A stretch of 64,000 nt of DNA. Source: Psilocybe cubensis (lineage: Eukaryota). Below are positions 36,807-50,724 of this stretch, one piece after another; the first letter of the stretch is position 1; each line of letters opens with the position of its first letter. The notes below the pieces were generated by a model. That model was not told where the DNA came from. It searched no databases and was given only the letters and a program-made list of their open reading frames with translations. Where the stretch lies: positions 1,426,001 through 1,490,000 of the forward strand of contig CM039001.1 of assembly GCA_017499595.2 (NCBI GenBank). The letters run 5' to 3'. The position numbers and the translations under genes were made by a program.

Positions 36807-38317
36807 ATGTCGCAACCATTGCCCGCAGCATCGTCAAAAGAGGAGGATGAAATCCCTATCCCCGAGCGCCCTCCATCTCCCCCACTTCATACCACATTTG
36901 CCGCTCGAGGCATACATGTACGATCAACATTTTACGAGTCGACCATATCCATATAACTCATCCAAGCACCGTCGAACCGGTCGTCTTATGTTGTACCTTG
37001 TAGCCGCCTACCTTTTCTGCATTCAAACCGCGCGACTACCGCTTTACGAGTTCGCAAGCCATGACTCACGTTGCATGGAGTTGTGACGGAAAGAAGCTGG
37101 CTGCTGTGGGCATCGATAAACTGACGAGGGTATGGAACCCGGAGAAGAGTGTGCGTGTTATGGACTGGATGTCGGTGTTCATCCTGATGGATCGTTCTTC
37201 TTTAGATGGACTCGAGGAGTGCGAGTGTGTACTCTGGCGGGCACTCAGACGACGTTGACTATGTGTCTTGGAACCCCACCCACCCTGAATTATTTTGCAC
37301 TTCAAGTACAAGAGACAGACGCATAGTATTCTGGGATGCACGGCGTATGTTATATCTTCATTCATGTTTAATATTCATTTCTCAATTCCGAGTTTGTCTA
37401 GAAAGTCGATATACTCAACAGGTTTCAGTGAAGGTTCCGCCTGCTCAGACGATCTATACACCCGACGGTCGATCTTTAGGCTATATTTCCGCGATGAACC
37501 AACTTTTTTTCTTGAATTACGGAAAGTCTAGTGAGGAATCTTCGAAAGAAGAATGGCACATGTCCAATCTCGAACCTGTGCGCTACAGGCCCAATTTCAT
37601 TAAATTGTCGACAAACTAATGTAAATCTTTGAATAGCAAACAGCCAACTCCATAGTGTTCAGTGCAACTGGAGAATCACTTGTGCTTGCCTATCATGGAA
37701 ACCATACATTGTGCATCATGGACTATCCTTCGCTCAATGTTGTAGACAAACCGCCTGCTCATGTTGGCGGTTGTCTCGCTGTTGCTTTGGATCCTCGTGG
37801 ACGGTAACAAATCAGCCATTACGATTTTGAAGTAAACCTGATGCCATTTGTCGTAGGTATCTTGCGTCAGGGGGCTACGACTCCATCATCGACTTGTTCG
37901 ACTTGGATGAATGGATCTGCGCACGTACGATATCGGCATGCGAGTAAGTTGACAGTTACTTGTGACACCTCTGCCTCTCATTCCATTATTTCTTACTTTC
38001 CTCAGGAACGTTATCAACGCACTTAGTTTCTCACACGATGGAGAATATTTAGCCGTTGCTAGTGCTGGTTCATACATCGACATTGTAAGTTGTTGAAGCT
38101 GATAGCATTTGATGTAGATTGATTTGACGTCAACTTGTTTTAGTGCGCCACAGAGACCGGTGCACCACTACATCGTGTGCCTGCACTCGCACCGTCTCCT
38201 ACGGTTTCCTGGCACCCCTCTAAATATGTGATTGCTTATTGTGGGCAAACCAAGGCCAAAGAAAATCCAACAGTTGCTCCTGTTGCCGTGATCAGTATGT
38301 TCGGACTCTTGGAGTGA
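36807..38317 (+). CDS. WD40 protein, THO/TREX subunit THOC3/Tex1-like
   Basis: HVAWSCDGKKLAA, GHSDDVDYVSWNPTHP, AHVGGCLAVALDPRGRYLASGGYDSIIDLFDLDEWICART, LSFSHDGEYLA, VSWHPSKYVIAY. Confidence 0.85.
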
Positions 38318-38859
38318 TTATAACTCCTCCACCTGTCCATATATTTGTATATCTATTTACGAATTTTGCACATTCGTTTGACATCCTCCCCAAACTGATG
38401 ATGTAAAATGGCAGTCATGCATATGCCGTGCATATGCAGATCATGATAAAGCCAGTGAGACATAAATTGGAGTATGTTACAGTGCTTTAATGGACAACTT
38501 TATATATACAGAAACAGCATAGGGGCATAGTGCGTAAGAGCTTGGAAAACATTGACAGCAACACAGTTACTGAAAGCCGAAGAGGCAACGACGAGAGGAT
38601 ATGGAGCATAGCGGAAAGCAGGAAAACAAAACTAAGGACAAATAACGTGACAGCATTCAACAAATAACTAATGCGTGGATGATGGAGAAGGTATATCGAT
38701 GCACGGAACTGTAAAGCAATGCAGAAAGCAAACGAGAAATCAATATGTGCAGAACAAGGAAAATTAAGAAACGAATTAGTAAGTAGATGGTGGAACGAAT
38801 AAAATCAAAGAGAGGAAAACGGCCAAAAAGAGTCTCGTTGTCAACACGAGGTCGATGAA

Positions 38860-41800
38860 TCAATCACGAAAGTTGTAAGTGAACGAATTGCGTTCTGATA
38901 ACGAAGGAGGGCGAACAACGACGTCAGGAAGAATTTCGGTCTTGCGCAGAATTCCTCTAATTTTGCTCGTCTCTGAGCGTGCCAGAGTTAATTCTTTAAA
39001 GTTCTTGTTGCGCGGAGTCGCTGAAGTGCTAACAGGATTAGAATTTTCGTCTCTATTTACCGGACGGAGCCTTTGTCGTTTTCCAAGATTTAAAGGGCGA
39101 ATCCCAGAAGGAGATGAGGTCCCAGAAATGTCAGCAGTCTTTTCGCTGAGGCTTTCATGCTTTTTGACAAGAGTCAAGGTTCGAAGTCCTTCCTTGGGTA
39201 AAATTCCATCTGGACTATTACGGGCAGATCGGTTCGTTGATTGAGCAAGCGGTTTAACAGACCGCAGCGACCACGTTGAGGAAGTTGTGGGGGTGGTGGC
39301 GACCTCTGGAGTCGTTTGATCAATGAAGCGTGTATCAGACCGCGGTTCTTCGTCAGATTTAATATATCGAATAGCCGATTGACGTTTTTGTCGCATGGCA
39401 GATTGTTGTCGACGAGATCCTTGGGTCAGAGTACTCTGGTGAGGTGTGCTTTCACCCAGGGGTTCAGATAACAGACCGGCTTCAAAATCCTCGAAAAGGG
39501 TGATGGTTGAAGCAGCAGAAGGAGGTATGTTGGAAATACTAACAACCGATGAGCGGGCAGTATCGACATTGTGCGGTACATCTGCATGTAGACCAAGAGA
39601 ACGGGTAGATGTCGTACGTGCTAAAGGTATTGAATTTCGCTCTTTCTCGTCATTTATTGATCGCAGGTTGACAACAGCCGGCTTCACTTCTGAGACAGTG
39701 TCTCGATGGCCAGTAACATCATTATTCGATAGAGTTGCATATTGGCTAACCTTATTCTCTAGGCCTTGTCGGAACTCAGAGCTCCATGATGCTAGAGAGC
39801 GCATTGTACCCTTGGGAAGACTCAAACTAAAACAACAAGAGGGTCAGCCACAATAATTGGAATATACCAAAGAATGGTACCTAGGAAGACTGAAGTGATT
39901 CTTTTTGTGTCCAGATCGCCCTCGTTCATGAAGCTCTTTGGAAGGAATCGTATGTACGTCGTCGGGAGCAAAGTCTGCACCAAATTCCGAGAGCTTCTTG
40001 GCAATTTTTCGGCCCTTGCTCTTGCTGTATGTCCCAAGTTGGCTGTAATCATCTTTCTTGATTTTCATATCATCGCCCAGAGTAAGGCCGGGGACAAGAA
40101 GAGGAAGGACACCTGCTGTCATTGCATCGATTTCATTCAAATCATCAATTGTAGCGAGAGTACAGTGTTGGCCAGAAGAGAACGACTTCTTGTGAGATAG
40201 CATAGCCAGTCGAGCAGCTCTGACACTGGGAGGCGTGGGCGGCAAAGGGAATGAAGGCGGAGGGCTGATGCTAAACCGTTGTTGGGCTGTTGGGGTCCCT
40301 GGTATGGTTGAAGTAACAGACCGCGATCGGAGGTGCGAAGACTGGCTAACACGTTTATTTATTGTCATACCGGATGCAACACTCAAAGGTATATCTGCAT
40401 CACCAGGAAACTCGCGAGCTTCCTCGACACTTGTTCCTAGTGCAGCCACATGAACAGTCTGAGCAAGTGCTGAATAATGCCTTTGAGCGACCATAATACG
40501 GCTGGCAAAGGCTAAGCTCGAATCATCTGCAGCCGAGCTACGAGTGTTTGCCCTGGAATCTGCCCTGAACCGCCCAAACTGAACACTGTTATCGGATTGA
40601 GGCGTTCCATTAACATGAACTGGAAGAGAGTCATCGCGGAATGGGACGGGTGGCATATCACATTCATCGTGGTTCTCTTCGGGTGGAAGGACTGAAAGCT
40701 TGGGCAACGCAGAAAGCATCCCAAATGCCCTTCCAAGTTTTCCTTTTCCATCAACAGCATCGCCTTTGCTGATCCACACGTCACCGCTACGGCGACCCTC
40801 GACTACAGTAACACTCAAGCTACTGGTGCTGCGTTTATATTCTTGAGAAATCTTGGGCATGGGTAGACTTCCGTGAATAAGAGGACGGTGTGGATCCACA
40901 GGTAAATTTGGTGGGAGGTCGAACAGGCCAACTGGAATAGGAATAGGAGAACCGAAAAGTAGGTTAAAAGCCAGAAGAGGTGATGAAAGTGTGATTGATA
41001 ACACAAAAAGCATCTCTACTACTGGAGATGGTGTCGAGCCCTGTGATAGAAGAATAAAGTAAGGAAGCGAGAAACACTGCAATCGAGTTAGTTGGTAAGC
41101 AAAAATGAATCCATGGAAGTTCAACGCACTAGGGGAAGCCAAATTGTGACGGACCATCCATAAGCGGGAAGCATGGAAATTTCAATGGAAGTGCCCAGAG
41201 GTGCCAGAGCTGCGAGACCCTTTTCGACCTCCATACCACTTGAGGGAAATCCTTCAGCGCCTAAATCGTGGATTGCAACCATTGACTGAGTAGCTGTAAG
41301 CACTGTATCCAATGCCGGAGAGTAGGCAGTAGGATAATCTTGGGTACTCGGAAGGCGAACTGTGCCATCGTGACTTGCTGTGGGGTAGGACCAAGAAGTC
41401 ATAGTTGTATGTGACCCTTGGGAAGAAGTCAACCAAGAGCTTTGCGAACCCATTCTAGGCTTTTGTTGTTGACTATCAGGAAAAGGAGGAAGATCTCGTC
41501 GAAACGGATCGGAATCCACAGGAGACAATGGCCCGTAAGGTGATGGAAGAGGTGGTACCGGCGGAATTTGCATGTCACTCTGTTTAGAGGTCCTGAGTCC
41601 TCTTACCTGCTGAGCTACAGTCGTAGCCGTTTGGTGGGTAGTAAACGACCAAGTTGACATAGAGTTTCTGCGAGAACTAGCATTTGAGGTGATCCAAGAG
41701 GCACCATCTCGGAGTGCGTCAATTTCTTCTGTTGCAAAAGAAGGCCTAGGCTTTTCCTCCACTTCTCTGACCGATGGCCATGGGTTTGTTCCGGCTACGA

Positions 41801-42467
41801 CTGCAAGGTTCTTTTTGATTGCAAATAACGTGTGGATGAGGTAGCCAAATGATACACTGGTCAAGATGGCTGTGACAACTGAATAACCGGTTAACCCGTA
41901 GAACAAGCTACTGATTCCTGTTACTGACAACAGGCCGGCAGTGGTGGCAGAAACAGCAATTATCAGAGTAGTAGGCGCCCATATCATCCATTGACGCGAG
42001 CCAAATGTGACTGACTGGGCCATGCGAACTTGCAGAAGTGTGGCTGAAGCGACAAATAGGAGGCATGTCTGACGTATTGTCGTTGCAATCCATAGGCGTA
42101 TCGCTGATCCTGGATCGAAAGCAAGTGCAAGACCAGATGGTCCAGTAGTTGATTCATTGACAATTTGCCAAAAGAAAATGACAAGGGCAATAAGGTCGAG
42201 GCTTGAGAGCCAGAGATGCCCCTTGTCTGCGGGTGAGAGTATGGGAAGAGTGCGAATTCCAAGCTTGGCCTACAGTAGATGCCAAAGGAGAAATAGCAAG
42301 ATGAGCAAGTGGTACTACACGCTCAGTCAAGTACTTACTACTGGAGAAACTCGTCTGCTGAGAGGATGGGGAGGTAAGACCGGAACAACAATGCGGAGTA
42401 TAACAAAAGCTGAAGCAATGAAAGACGCAAAGCCAAGAATCAGAGCAGGTATAAGAGGAACTGGCAT
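38860..42467 (-). CDS. Uncharacterised membrane protein (several N-terminal TM helices, large disordered Ser-rich loop and tail)
   Basis: MPVPLIPALILGFASFIASAFVILRIVVPVLPPHPLSRRV...SPADKGHLWLSSLD. Three canonical introns join the ORFs 41121..42023, 39844..41157 and 38860..39825. Confidence 0.78.
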
Positions 42468-43965
42468 ATTCAAATTTGTTCAATTGTTTTCTGTTGATCA
42501 ATCGTTAACTCAAATTCCGTTATTCTTTGACGTTTTTAGAGAGCGTGATGTGCGTAAGTGCGTGGCGTGGGCGTAAGCTGTTGGTTGAGTGTTCCGAGAA
42601 TTGGCATAAGTCTTTCGTCCTCAGCGAGAAACTGTGGATGAGCACGAAAGGCAAAAGAGGAAACGTTGTCCTTTGTTTGTTCTTCCCAATTTCTGTATTT
42701 GGTGATGGTTCAAGTTCATTTCGGACAGACGCGACAGAGCACGTGATGTGGACCACCAATTCTTAAGTTTCAAAAAACGAATCTCCACTGTCACGGTGGA
42801 CTTGGCCCACAAAGTCAAGGCTGTTTATCCCTTGCTTGGAATATTTTCCCTGTTTTCACCACAAAAAATATCCGACTTTATGCCAGAGGACATATGACAG
42901 CAGCAACAAGCCAAATTTCTACATTCTACTTGGCTCACAATCATCTCCAGAGGGCTTGCGTTGAATGTTCTTTTCGACGTTCACTGCATATTCGCATAGA
43001 TTCTTGCCAGAACCAAGACGCGATCAAGGGCGACCAAAGTATTCCATGGCTTCTATCCAAGGCGGATCGTACTTTTTTTGATCCCTCCAATCTCCTCGAG
43101 CGCTGTATTACCGATGCTTGGAACTGCATTTTACCTCATATTACCACCGGCACCTGAGGACATCGTTAATCAAGGCCGGCCCTTGCGGAATTTCGCCTCC
43201 GCTGATTTTCCACACTCTCGACCTTTGTTAGTTTTCAGAAAGGAGAACCACCTTTACCCAACGTTATCTTTCATGCGGCATAACGTTACCGTCGTCTTTA
43301 AATAATCCTACAATTACAGTGGGCTTATCATGCCGGAACAGCGGACACTAGTGAGTACGATCAGTTGTAAACTTGTACATAAGTGACGCGCCTATCACAA
43401 ATTTTCGCGCTGTTCAACTTACTTACTCAACCGTAACGGAACGCACTTAAAATTATTTACATGCCACATGTGGTTGTGGCACCGACGCGCTTTCGCTTAA
43501 ATGTCATGTGTTGGTCATAATTCGCTGGCCGGGCTATCTCCATTGGTGGTTCGCTGAACATTTCGAGAGGTCAGCCGATTAATAACCGTCACAATGTGCA
43601 AGAGAGCACTTTTTGAGAACAACAAGAATATCTTGTACGACGTTAAGTTCGAATAACCATCACCGGTCCGTTGGAACGTGCAGACGTTATGTGAATTGGT
43701 GAACGAGAAATGGCATCTTCCACGCGTCTATTTGCAATCTATTCAACGATAACATACCATTTCTGCAGAATAAAAATACATCAACTGGTATCGAAGCCTT
43801 GGTATCATGTTGGACGACTCAAGGATGCATGTGGGATTCACGGAGAACGTCAGCATCAGAATTCGCTGAATCCTCGCCACCTGTACTTGCATAAATTGAC
43901 TTGATTTTCCTACATATGCCGTTACTGACCTACGAGCCTCTCAGAATCAGGTTTATCTCAGCGAG

Positions 43966-46305
43966 ATGTATTTCCTCAGTTCTCTGGGATTTGTTGCCTC
44001 TCTCGCCACTGTTGCGTCTGTAGTTGCTCGGCTTCCAGATGGTCGCCTTCACGGAAACATGATGCGTCCTGCAAACGTTCCTTTCGTAAGCCCTCCTGAC
44101 CCAGGTGTTCCTGTAACAAGTCGCAATGGCACCACCCTACCACCATATACGACAGTGTATTACTTTGACCAACTCATAGACCACAACAATCCATCTCTCG
44201 GCACGTTTAAGCAGAGATTCTGGCACACTTATGAATTCTATGAATCGGGTCAGTCGCCTCCATCTTTGTAACTTCCGACCTAATTATCTTATGGCAGGTG
44301 GTCCTATTATTCTTATGACACCTGGCGAGACGAACGCAGATGGTTACTCGGGGTACCTCACCAACAGGACTATTAACGGTCTCATCGGTGAGTGCCTAAC
44401 CTAATGTGAGAGACATAGTAGTAGGGGAAATATTCACATGCAATGCCTTCTAGCTCAACAGCAAAACGGCAGCACAATTGTACTAGAACACAGATTCTAT
44501 GGCTTGAGTAACCCGTACCCCGATCTTTCTGTGAAGAGTCTCAGAGTTCACACAATTCAACAAGCCATCGACGATTTGGAGTATTTTGCAAAGAATGTAA
44601 ATCTACCAATGCCAGGCGGTGACTCTGTTACACCGGACAAGGCACCCTGGGTGCTCATTGGAGGCAGCTATGCTGGTGCGATAGGTGTTTGCTTCAAAAG
44701 TTTATATGTATCGTTCAACTTTCTTTAGGTGCACTTACGAGTTGGACTATGGTTAAGTAGGCAATCGAGTTCTGCTGAAGAACACAGTCGTTGATTCAAT
44801 CTATTTATAGCAAACCGAATCTTTTCGCGGCTGGATACGCGTCTTCTGGAGTGGTACAGGCAATCTTGTATGTGCTGGCATCCTCAAATTATCATGGCTG
44901 TTATTCATCGTGATTATCTGTCGCAGAGACTTCTGGCAATATTTTGAACCAATCCGCACCAATATGCCAGCCAACTGCTCTGCTGATGTGCAAGCTGTAA
45001 TCGCACATGTCGACAAGACTTTCTCAAGCAAAAATGCCGCTGCCATCAACGCCCTCAAAGAAAACTTTGGCCTTGGGAACATGACCCATCTGGATGATGT
45101 TGCCGGTGCTCGTAAGTTACTGTTGCTAATATTTACTGCACTCCAACTTAGTTGTTTCAAGTACGCAATAATTTATGGGATTGGCAATCCCTGCAAATTA
45201 CGTCAGGGGCCGGAACACAGTTCTATCGATTTTGCGACGCTCTGGAGGTGAAAAATGGCGTTAAAGCTCCTGCTTCGGGTTTCGGCCTCCAGAATGCACT
45301 CCAGGCGTGGGGTAAATACTGGCGTACTACTTATCTTTCAGGATGTAAGCAGATTTTGCTGACTTGATCAAACATCGACTAACGTTTAAAATCCCAGTAT
45401 GTGGCCAACAAGATGCTGAGTAGGGATATAGATATACTTATAAAATTCTTGCCCTAACTTCCACATCTCAGGACCTGCCTTGGAACTTACGATACTTCTC
45501 TTGAATTTTGGTCAGACACAACCATCGACAACGCAGAGCGATCATGGATGTGGATTGTGTAGGTTTTCTTTCTCAACAAAACACAGACAGCTAATGTAGC
45601 TATATAGCTGCAATGAAGTCGGATATCTCCAGGTGAGAAATCTCGTGAGACATGATTTAACCAAGGAAGCTCATGAATTACGCAGGAGGGTGCGCCTCTA
45701 GGTCGCCCATCTCTTGTAACAAGACTGGTTCAACCATCTTACGACTTGGTACGCTGTGAAATCATGCTAATATGTGACTGGATCTTGTTAATTCTTTTTG
45801 TATTCTTAGCGACAATGTCAACAAATGTTCCCGGCCGCCTTCCCTCGCCCACCTGTCCCCAACACTCTGCTCACAAACCTCAAATATAGAGGCTGGAATG
45901 TAAGAATCAAAAACCTATTTTTTGCCAATGGGATCCGTACGTGCCGTCTCTGTTATTAATCAATATGCAGTCTGACGGTGACCTATAGGTGACCCATGGA
46001 GAGATGCAACAATCTCTTCTACCAGTGTTTCCGTTCCCAGCACCTCAAACCAGCCTATTGGCTTGGGAGATGGCTTTCACTGTTCTGACCTCGGTGTATC
46101 TGCCGGGGAAGTAGACCCTACCATCGCAGCTATTCAGACTGCTGCCCTCGCATCCATGAAAAAATGGCTTGCAGCTTGGAAACCCACCGGTCGTGGTGGC
46201 CCCATCAAAACACCCAGAAGCTCACCACAAACTGTTCCAAGAATCAATCCACCTTTCACCTTCAAGCCAATTAACGCGTGGTTCAAGAACTCTGGCAATC
46301 TTTAA
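43966..46305 (+). CDS. Secreted serine carboxypeptidase family S28
   Basis: Signal peptide; YFDQLIDH...TFKQRFW, LEHRFYGLS, QQAIDDLEYFA, nucleophile GGSYAG, FANGIRDPWR, catalytic His in GFHCSDL. Confidence 0.95.
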
Positions 46306-46455
46306 GTATCAATTTTTAACGACTATCTCTGGAATCCGCTGGTGGTTCGATGTACTTAACTATGTTATGTAAACTTGTGACGTTGAACGCATTGTACGAT
46401 TTCGCCAATGATCTATCACAATTTTGAGTACTGACTGCAGTTTATTTGGAAGCAC

Positions 46456-47753
46456 TCAAGGCACTGTATTCATATTCAAAGGCGACACTTGATCGCATCT
46501 CAAAATTGTTTCCAAAAAAATATCAAAGAATCGCTTGACCTAAGAACTCTTGTTTATCAAGGCAGTATAGATTTAAGAAGAACAAACATACGTTCATGGC
46601 CTCTGCCACGATACAATTCCGTCCATTTCGCCCCCATGTATCATCGCAAGGGCGGTAATGCCACATATCAACCACAGTTTCTCCGATGGTATGAGTTCCT
46701 GTGAGCTCTATATCCACTCTATGACGAGTTGTCTTAAAGAGATCCGGATAAGCCACGTATGCGATTGTAAGCGCGTCGTGAAGAGGAGGCCCGTCGTTAA
46801 ATCCGAAAGTTACTTTATACGCCTCTGCGAAGTAACTGATTAATGTGGACAGAGTGTGGCGCAGATTGGTTGACGCTTTTGGTAGTTCTGTGCTCCTTGA
46901 AGATTCGTGGGAAGAACCCGACACCAGAATTTCACGGTGGATATCTCTGGTAACAATTGCTGTGTGGGTGACATTAATTGGCATCATCACCTTCTTTACA
47001 GGTGCATTGAGGACTATTTGTGCTGCGTGCGCTATATGCATTTTTGCCTGTAAGGTCTGTTCAAATATGGACCCAATAAACACTCACGATCACACAGGAT
47101 GTTGTATTCTGCAACAGCAGAGCGATTACCCATACCGACGGCACCGCCCATGAACACGAATTCTTCCACGGCAGGAAGCAGGTCAGGATATACACTGACA
47201 AAGTTAGCGATGTTCGTCATTGGACCGGTGGAAATGACTGTAACTTGGTGACCTGCACCTTTCTTCCACGTATCTTTGATAATCTTGGACATGCCTTCTA
47301 ACGCACGAATGCGAGATCCATCTTCATCTGTTGCAAACAAGGATAAAACTTTTGGGTCTTCAATATCGGGGAGACCTTCTACCCCTCCAAGACCATCCAC
47401 TCCGTGAATCTGTGGATCATGTTTCGCAGGAAGCAAAAGGGGCTCATCCGATCCTGGAAACACACGAATATTTGGAGATCCACCAAACGCAAGAAGACAT
47501 CGGGCAGCGTTTATCGCGGTCCATTCACTGCTCGCATTTCCGTGGGTCTATCTTACAGATCATATCTGATTGATTCTACGAAATATTTGACTTTGCTCAC
47601 TGTTGAAACGCCCAAAAGGTTAATAGTTGGAGTATTCACCGCGAGCATTATCGCAGTGGCATCATCATGGCCCTATAAGAAAAAGTGAGAAACCAGAAGC
47701 AACAAACCTCCCTAAGTACTCACAGGGTCCACATCCAACCACACATACTTCAT
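46456..47753 (-). CDS. Inosine/uridine-preferring nucleoside hydrolase (Urh1-like)
   Basis: MKYVWLDVDP|GHDDA (DxDxxxDD), IHGVDGLGG, TGPMTNIA, FMGG, AEYNILCDPHAA, GPPLHDAL. Confidence 0.95.
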
Positions 47754-48519
47754 CGTAGTGGTGAGTTCAGAAGTCGTGCGATCTGCAAACCCCTAGCTCA
47801 GAGTCAAAATGTTATCAAGATCGGGCCGATAGCCGCCGACGCCATTTGCGATGGATGGGTGCCAGTTGGTTCGGTTTGGACACTAATTCGGTCTTGTTAT
47901 ACACACTTTAACGACAACAAACCAATATGGTTCTTTGTGTCAGAAAAAATGTAGTGGAACGGATGCCATATGTCCAAACTGATTGTCCAGCATCGCCTTG
48001 GGCCTTCACACTACTTATTGGTGGTGACCAATGGTAGGCGATCACCAAACCGGATCAATCTCTAACCGAACAATCATACTCCCGTCTTAATCTAGACTAC
48101 CTAGTATCTGCCAATTTCAAGCTTCAAGCTTTCGCTGTTCATCCCTTTCAATTCTTAATGAAGGCATCACATTTGTCAAGAACGTCATTCTGATCTGCCA
48201 TTCTTATTTCCATCTTTGTAATGATATCACCTAGTTCAACGGAGATTAGCATCCTATCCAAATTTGACGGTATGTAATTCTGGGGAGTATCTGCATGAGT
48301 AATGCAAGCACATGGGGAAGGTCATTGGTCAGAAAACATGTCAGCCAGGGCTTCTCACTGATTGGAGGTCTAGTCCAGCATGATGATCATTACTGGCGTC
48401 ACCCACCACGGATACTATTCTCAGCGTCACCGAATGATATATAAATTTCACTCACGACCAGAGATCATACACAACTGGCACAACCCATCGTCTCTTCTCA
48501 ATAATTCTCACTATCAAGG

Positions 48520-50120
48520 ATGGCTATTCCAACCACCACTGTACAATACTCCTTTCCTCAGGTATGTTTATACACCCAAAGAAAGTGTATGGGCTCATAA
48601 AGTCTGTAGATGGGCTCTTACGAAAACCTGGTTAAAAGCGAAGCCCCTACCAGCAAAATCAAAGCAAACGATGTTCTCGTGAAGATTCATGCAACTTCCC
48701 TTCAAGTAAATTATCCAACTTTAGGCATATAGTGTCAGCTCTGATATCCCTGTAGTACAGAGATCTTATGGTCTCTAAAGGCATCTATGGCACTGGGTGT
48801 GTATCGCGGTTTTGGAATGATTGATGACTCGACTATGCGCTTACAATGCAGCGAAGCCTGCCCGCTAACCTGGTTCCATTATCGGATTGTGCAGGTGAAG
48901 TTCTAGCTGTTGGCGAGGATGTCACTGGATGGAAGAAGGGTGACCGAGTTTGTCCTAATTTTTCCACTGACCACATACACGGCCGCACAACCCCTGCGAT
49001 TATGGCGACCTCGCTGGGTGGTCAAGCTCATGGCGTGCTCACTCAATACAGAGTTTTCCCAGCTCATGTACGCTTTATTCAATCCGTCAAGGGCAGCAAA
49101 TAGTGATAACCTTATAGTCTCTTGTGGCAATTCCTGCTCACCTTTCTTATGAGGAAGCTGCCACACTTCCGTGAGTGAGCATCGGATGTCCTATATTGCG
49201 CCCAGTAAACAGTTTCGTACAGTTGCGCCGCTCTCACAGCATATAACGCACTTCATGGGCCCGTGCCAATTAAAGCTGGAGACTTTGTCTTGGCGTTGGG
49301 AACAGGGGGCGTATCTATGTAAGTTTCTCAGCTCTCCCCCCTAATGGTATGTCGGCTATTAATAACAATCCGGATATAGCTTTGCTTTGCAATTTGCCGT
49401 TGCGGCTGGAGCAACCGTGATTGCGACTTCATCTTCTGACGAAAAGCTAAAGATTGCCGCGAAGTATGGCGCTAAACACCTGATCAACTACAATACGACA
49501 CCTAACTGGGACGAAGAGGTCCTGAAAATTGTATGTCTCATTTTTCGATGCTTCGATTTTTATCTTGAATCGATGTTTTAATTCCTTCAATTTAAGACAA
49601 ACGGAGAAGGAGTTGATCATGTTATTGAGGAAAGTATCTCCTTGGTTTGGCTCCAACGACTCTCTAAAATATTCTACAGGTTGGAGGCCAAGGAACTCTC
49701 GCAAAATCTATCAAATCCGCCAAAACTGGAAGTGGATATATTCATATTATTGGGCATGTTTCATCTGTGAGAACTCTGCTCATCCGATTTCTGTTCTGGC
49801 GAGCCTTAATTGACTATCAACTACCGTTATACAGAGCGAAGGTGATCCCAGCGTCATTTTCCCATTGATTCGAGGCGCAGTGACGTTGCGCGGAATATTG
49901 ATTGGCTCTGTTGCGCAGTAAGGACAATTAAGTTTTGTTAACGCCAACAGGAGCTCATCAAAGCCATAGATTTAATGATATGAACCGTCTCATCCTTGCA
50001 AATCCTGATACTACCAGGCCCGTCATCGACAAGGTATTCACTTTTGATGAGGCTATAGCTGCATATGCCTATCTTGAGTCACAAAAACATGTTGGGAAGA
50101 TTGTCATCAAGGTTGCCTAG
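48520..50120 (+). CDS. Medium-chain dehydrogenase/reductase (zinc-type ADH-like, quinone-reductase subgroup)
   Basis: [70 protein letters not shown]...HVGKIVI. One intron needs a non-canonical donor (see findings). Confidence 0.92.
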
Positions 50121-50724
50121 AATCCACGAATCCGCGGTCATTCGATGCATATTTGCCATGTTGTAGTTTTCCAATATAAGTGACGTCATTTATTCCCAAT
50201 CAATATCAGAACGGAAAATGCCGAGGCACGCATACCAAGTCTTTTTTGTCTTTGCAAGTTCATTCGTTTTGTTGTCTCTACGACGGGTAAGTTTAGCCGC
50301 CATGGGAACGCCAAAGGTCAATGCTAGATAAAAGAGTCAGAAATCTGCCATCTAATCTAGGTCTTCGTTATTGTCTTCAACTTGTTATCCATGGACTCCT
50401 GTGGTCGCAATGCTTTTGGGTTGATTGTGTTAACGCCGATGATAGGCCTCTGCAGTATCGCAGAGAAGGAGCTTGGGAATCGTTGCACAACAATAAGACC
50501 GCGGACGTTCTCCTCTCCCGCATTCTCTACTGGGTCGTAGAGGACAATCAAACGTGGAGTAACAATCTGCTTCTTGACCAAAATGTACCCAGTGCATATA
50601 ATAAAAGTCTGGTTGTCGATCTAGCTAGCACTTCTGTTCTGTCTCGGTGTCCTTCTTGCCCATCTTTTGAATTGTCATAGCCCATGCCCTTCGTTTGAAT
50701 ACTTTCCCCACTTTCCTTATAACA

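Noticed and set aside
6590..47753. Nucleoside transporter plus nucleoside hydrolase as a salvage cluster
   Set aside because: About 38 kb apart, with many unrelated genes between.
50118..50185. Stop-codon readthrough giving cryptic peroxisomal tails (checked for the ADH, FAD oxidase, nucleoside hydrolase and P450)
   Set aside because: None has the TGA-CTA context; the ADH extension, read to its next stop, has no PTS1.
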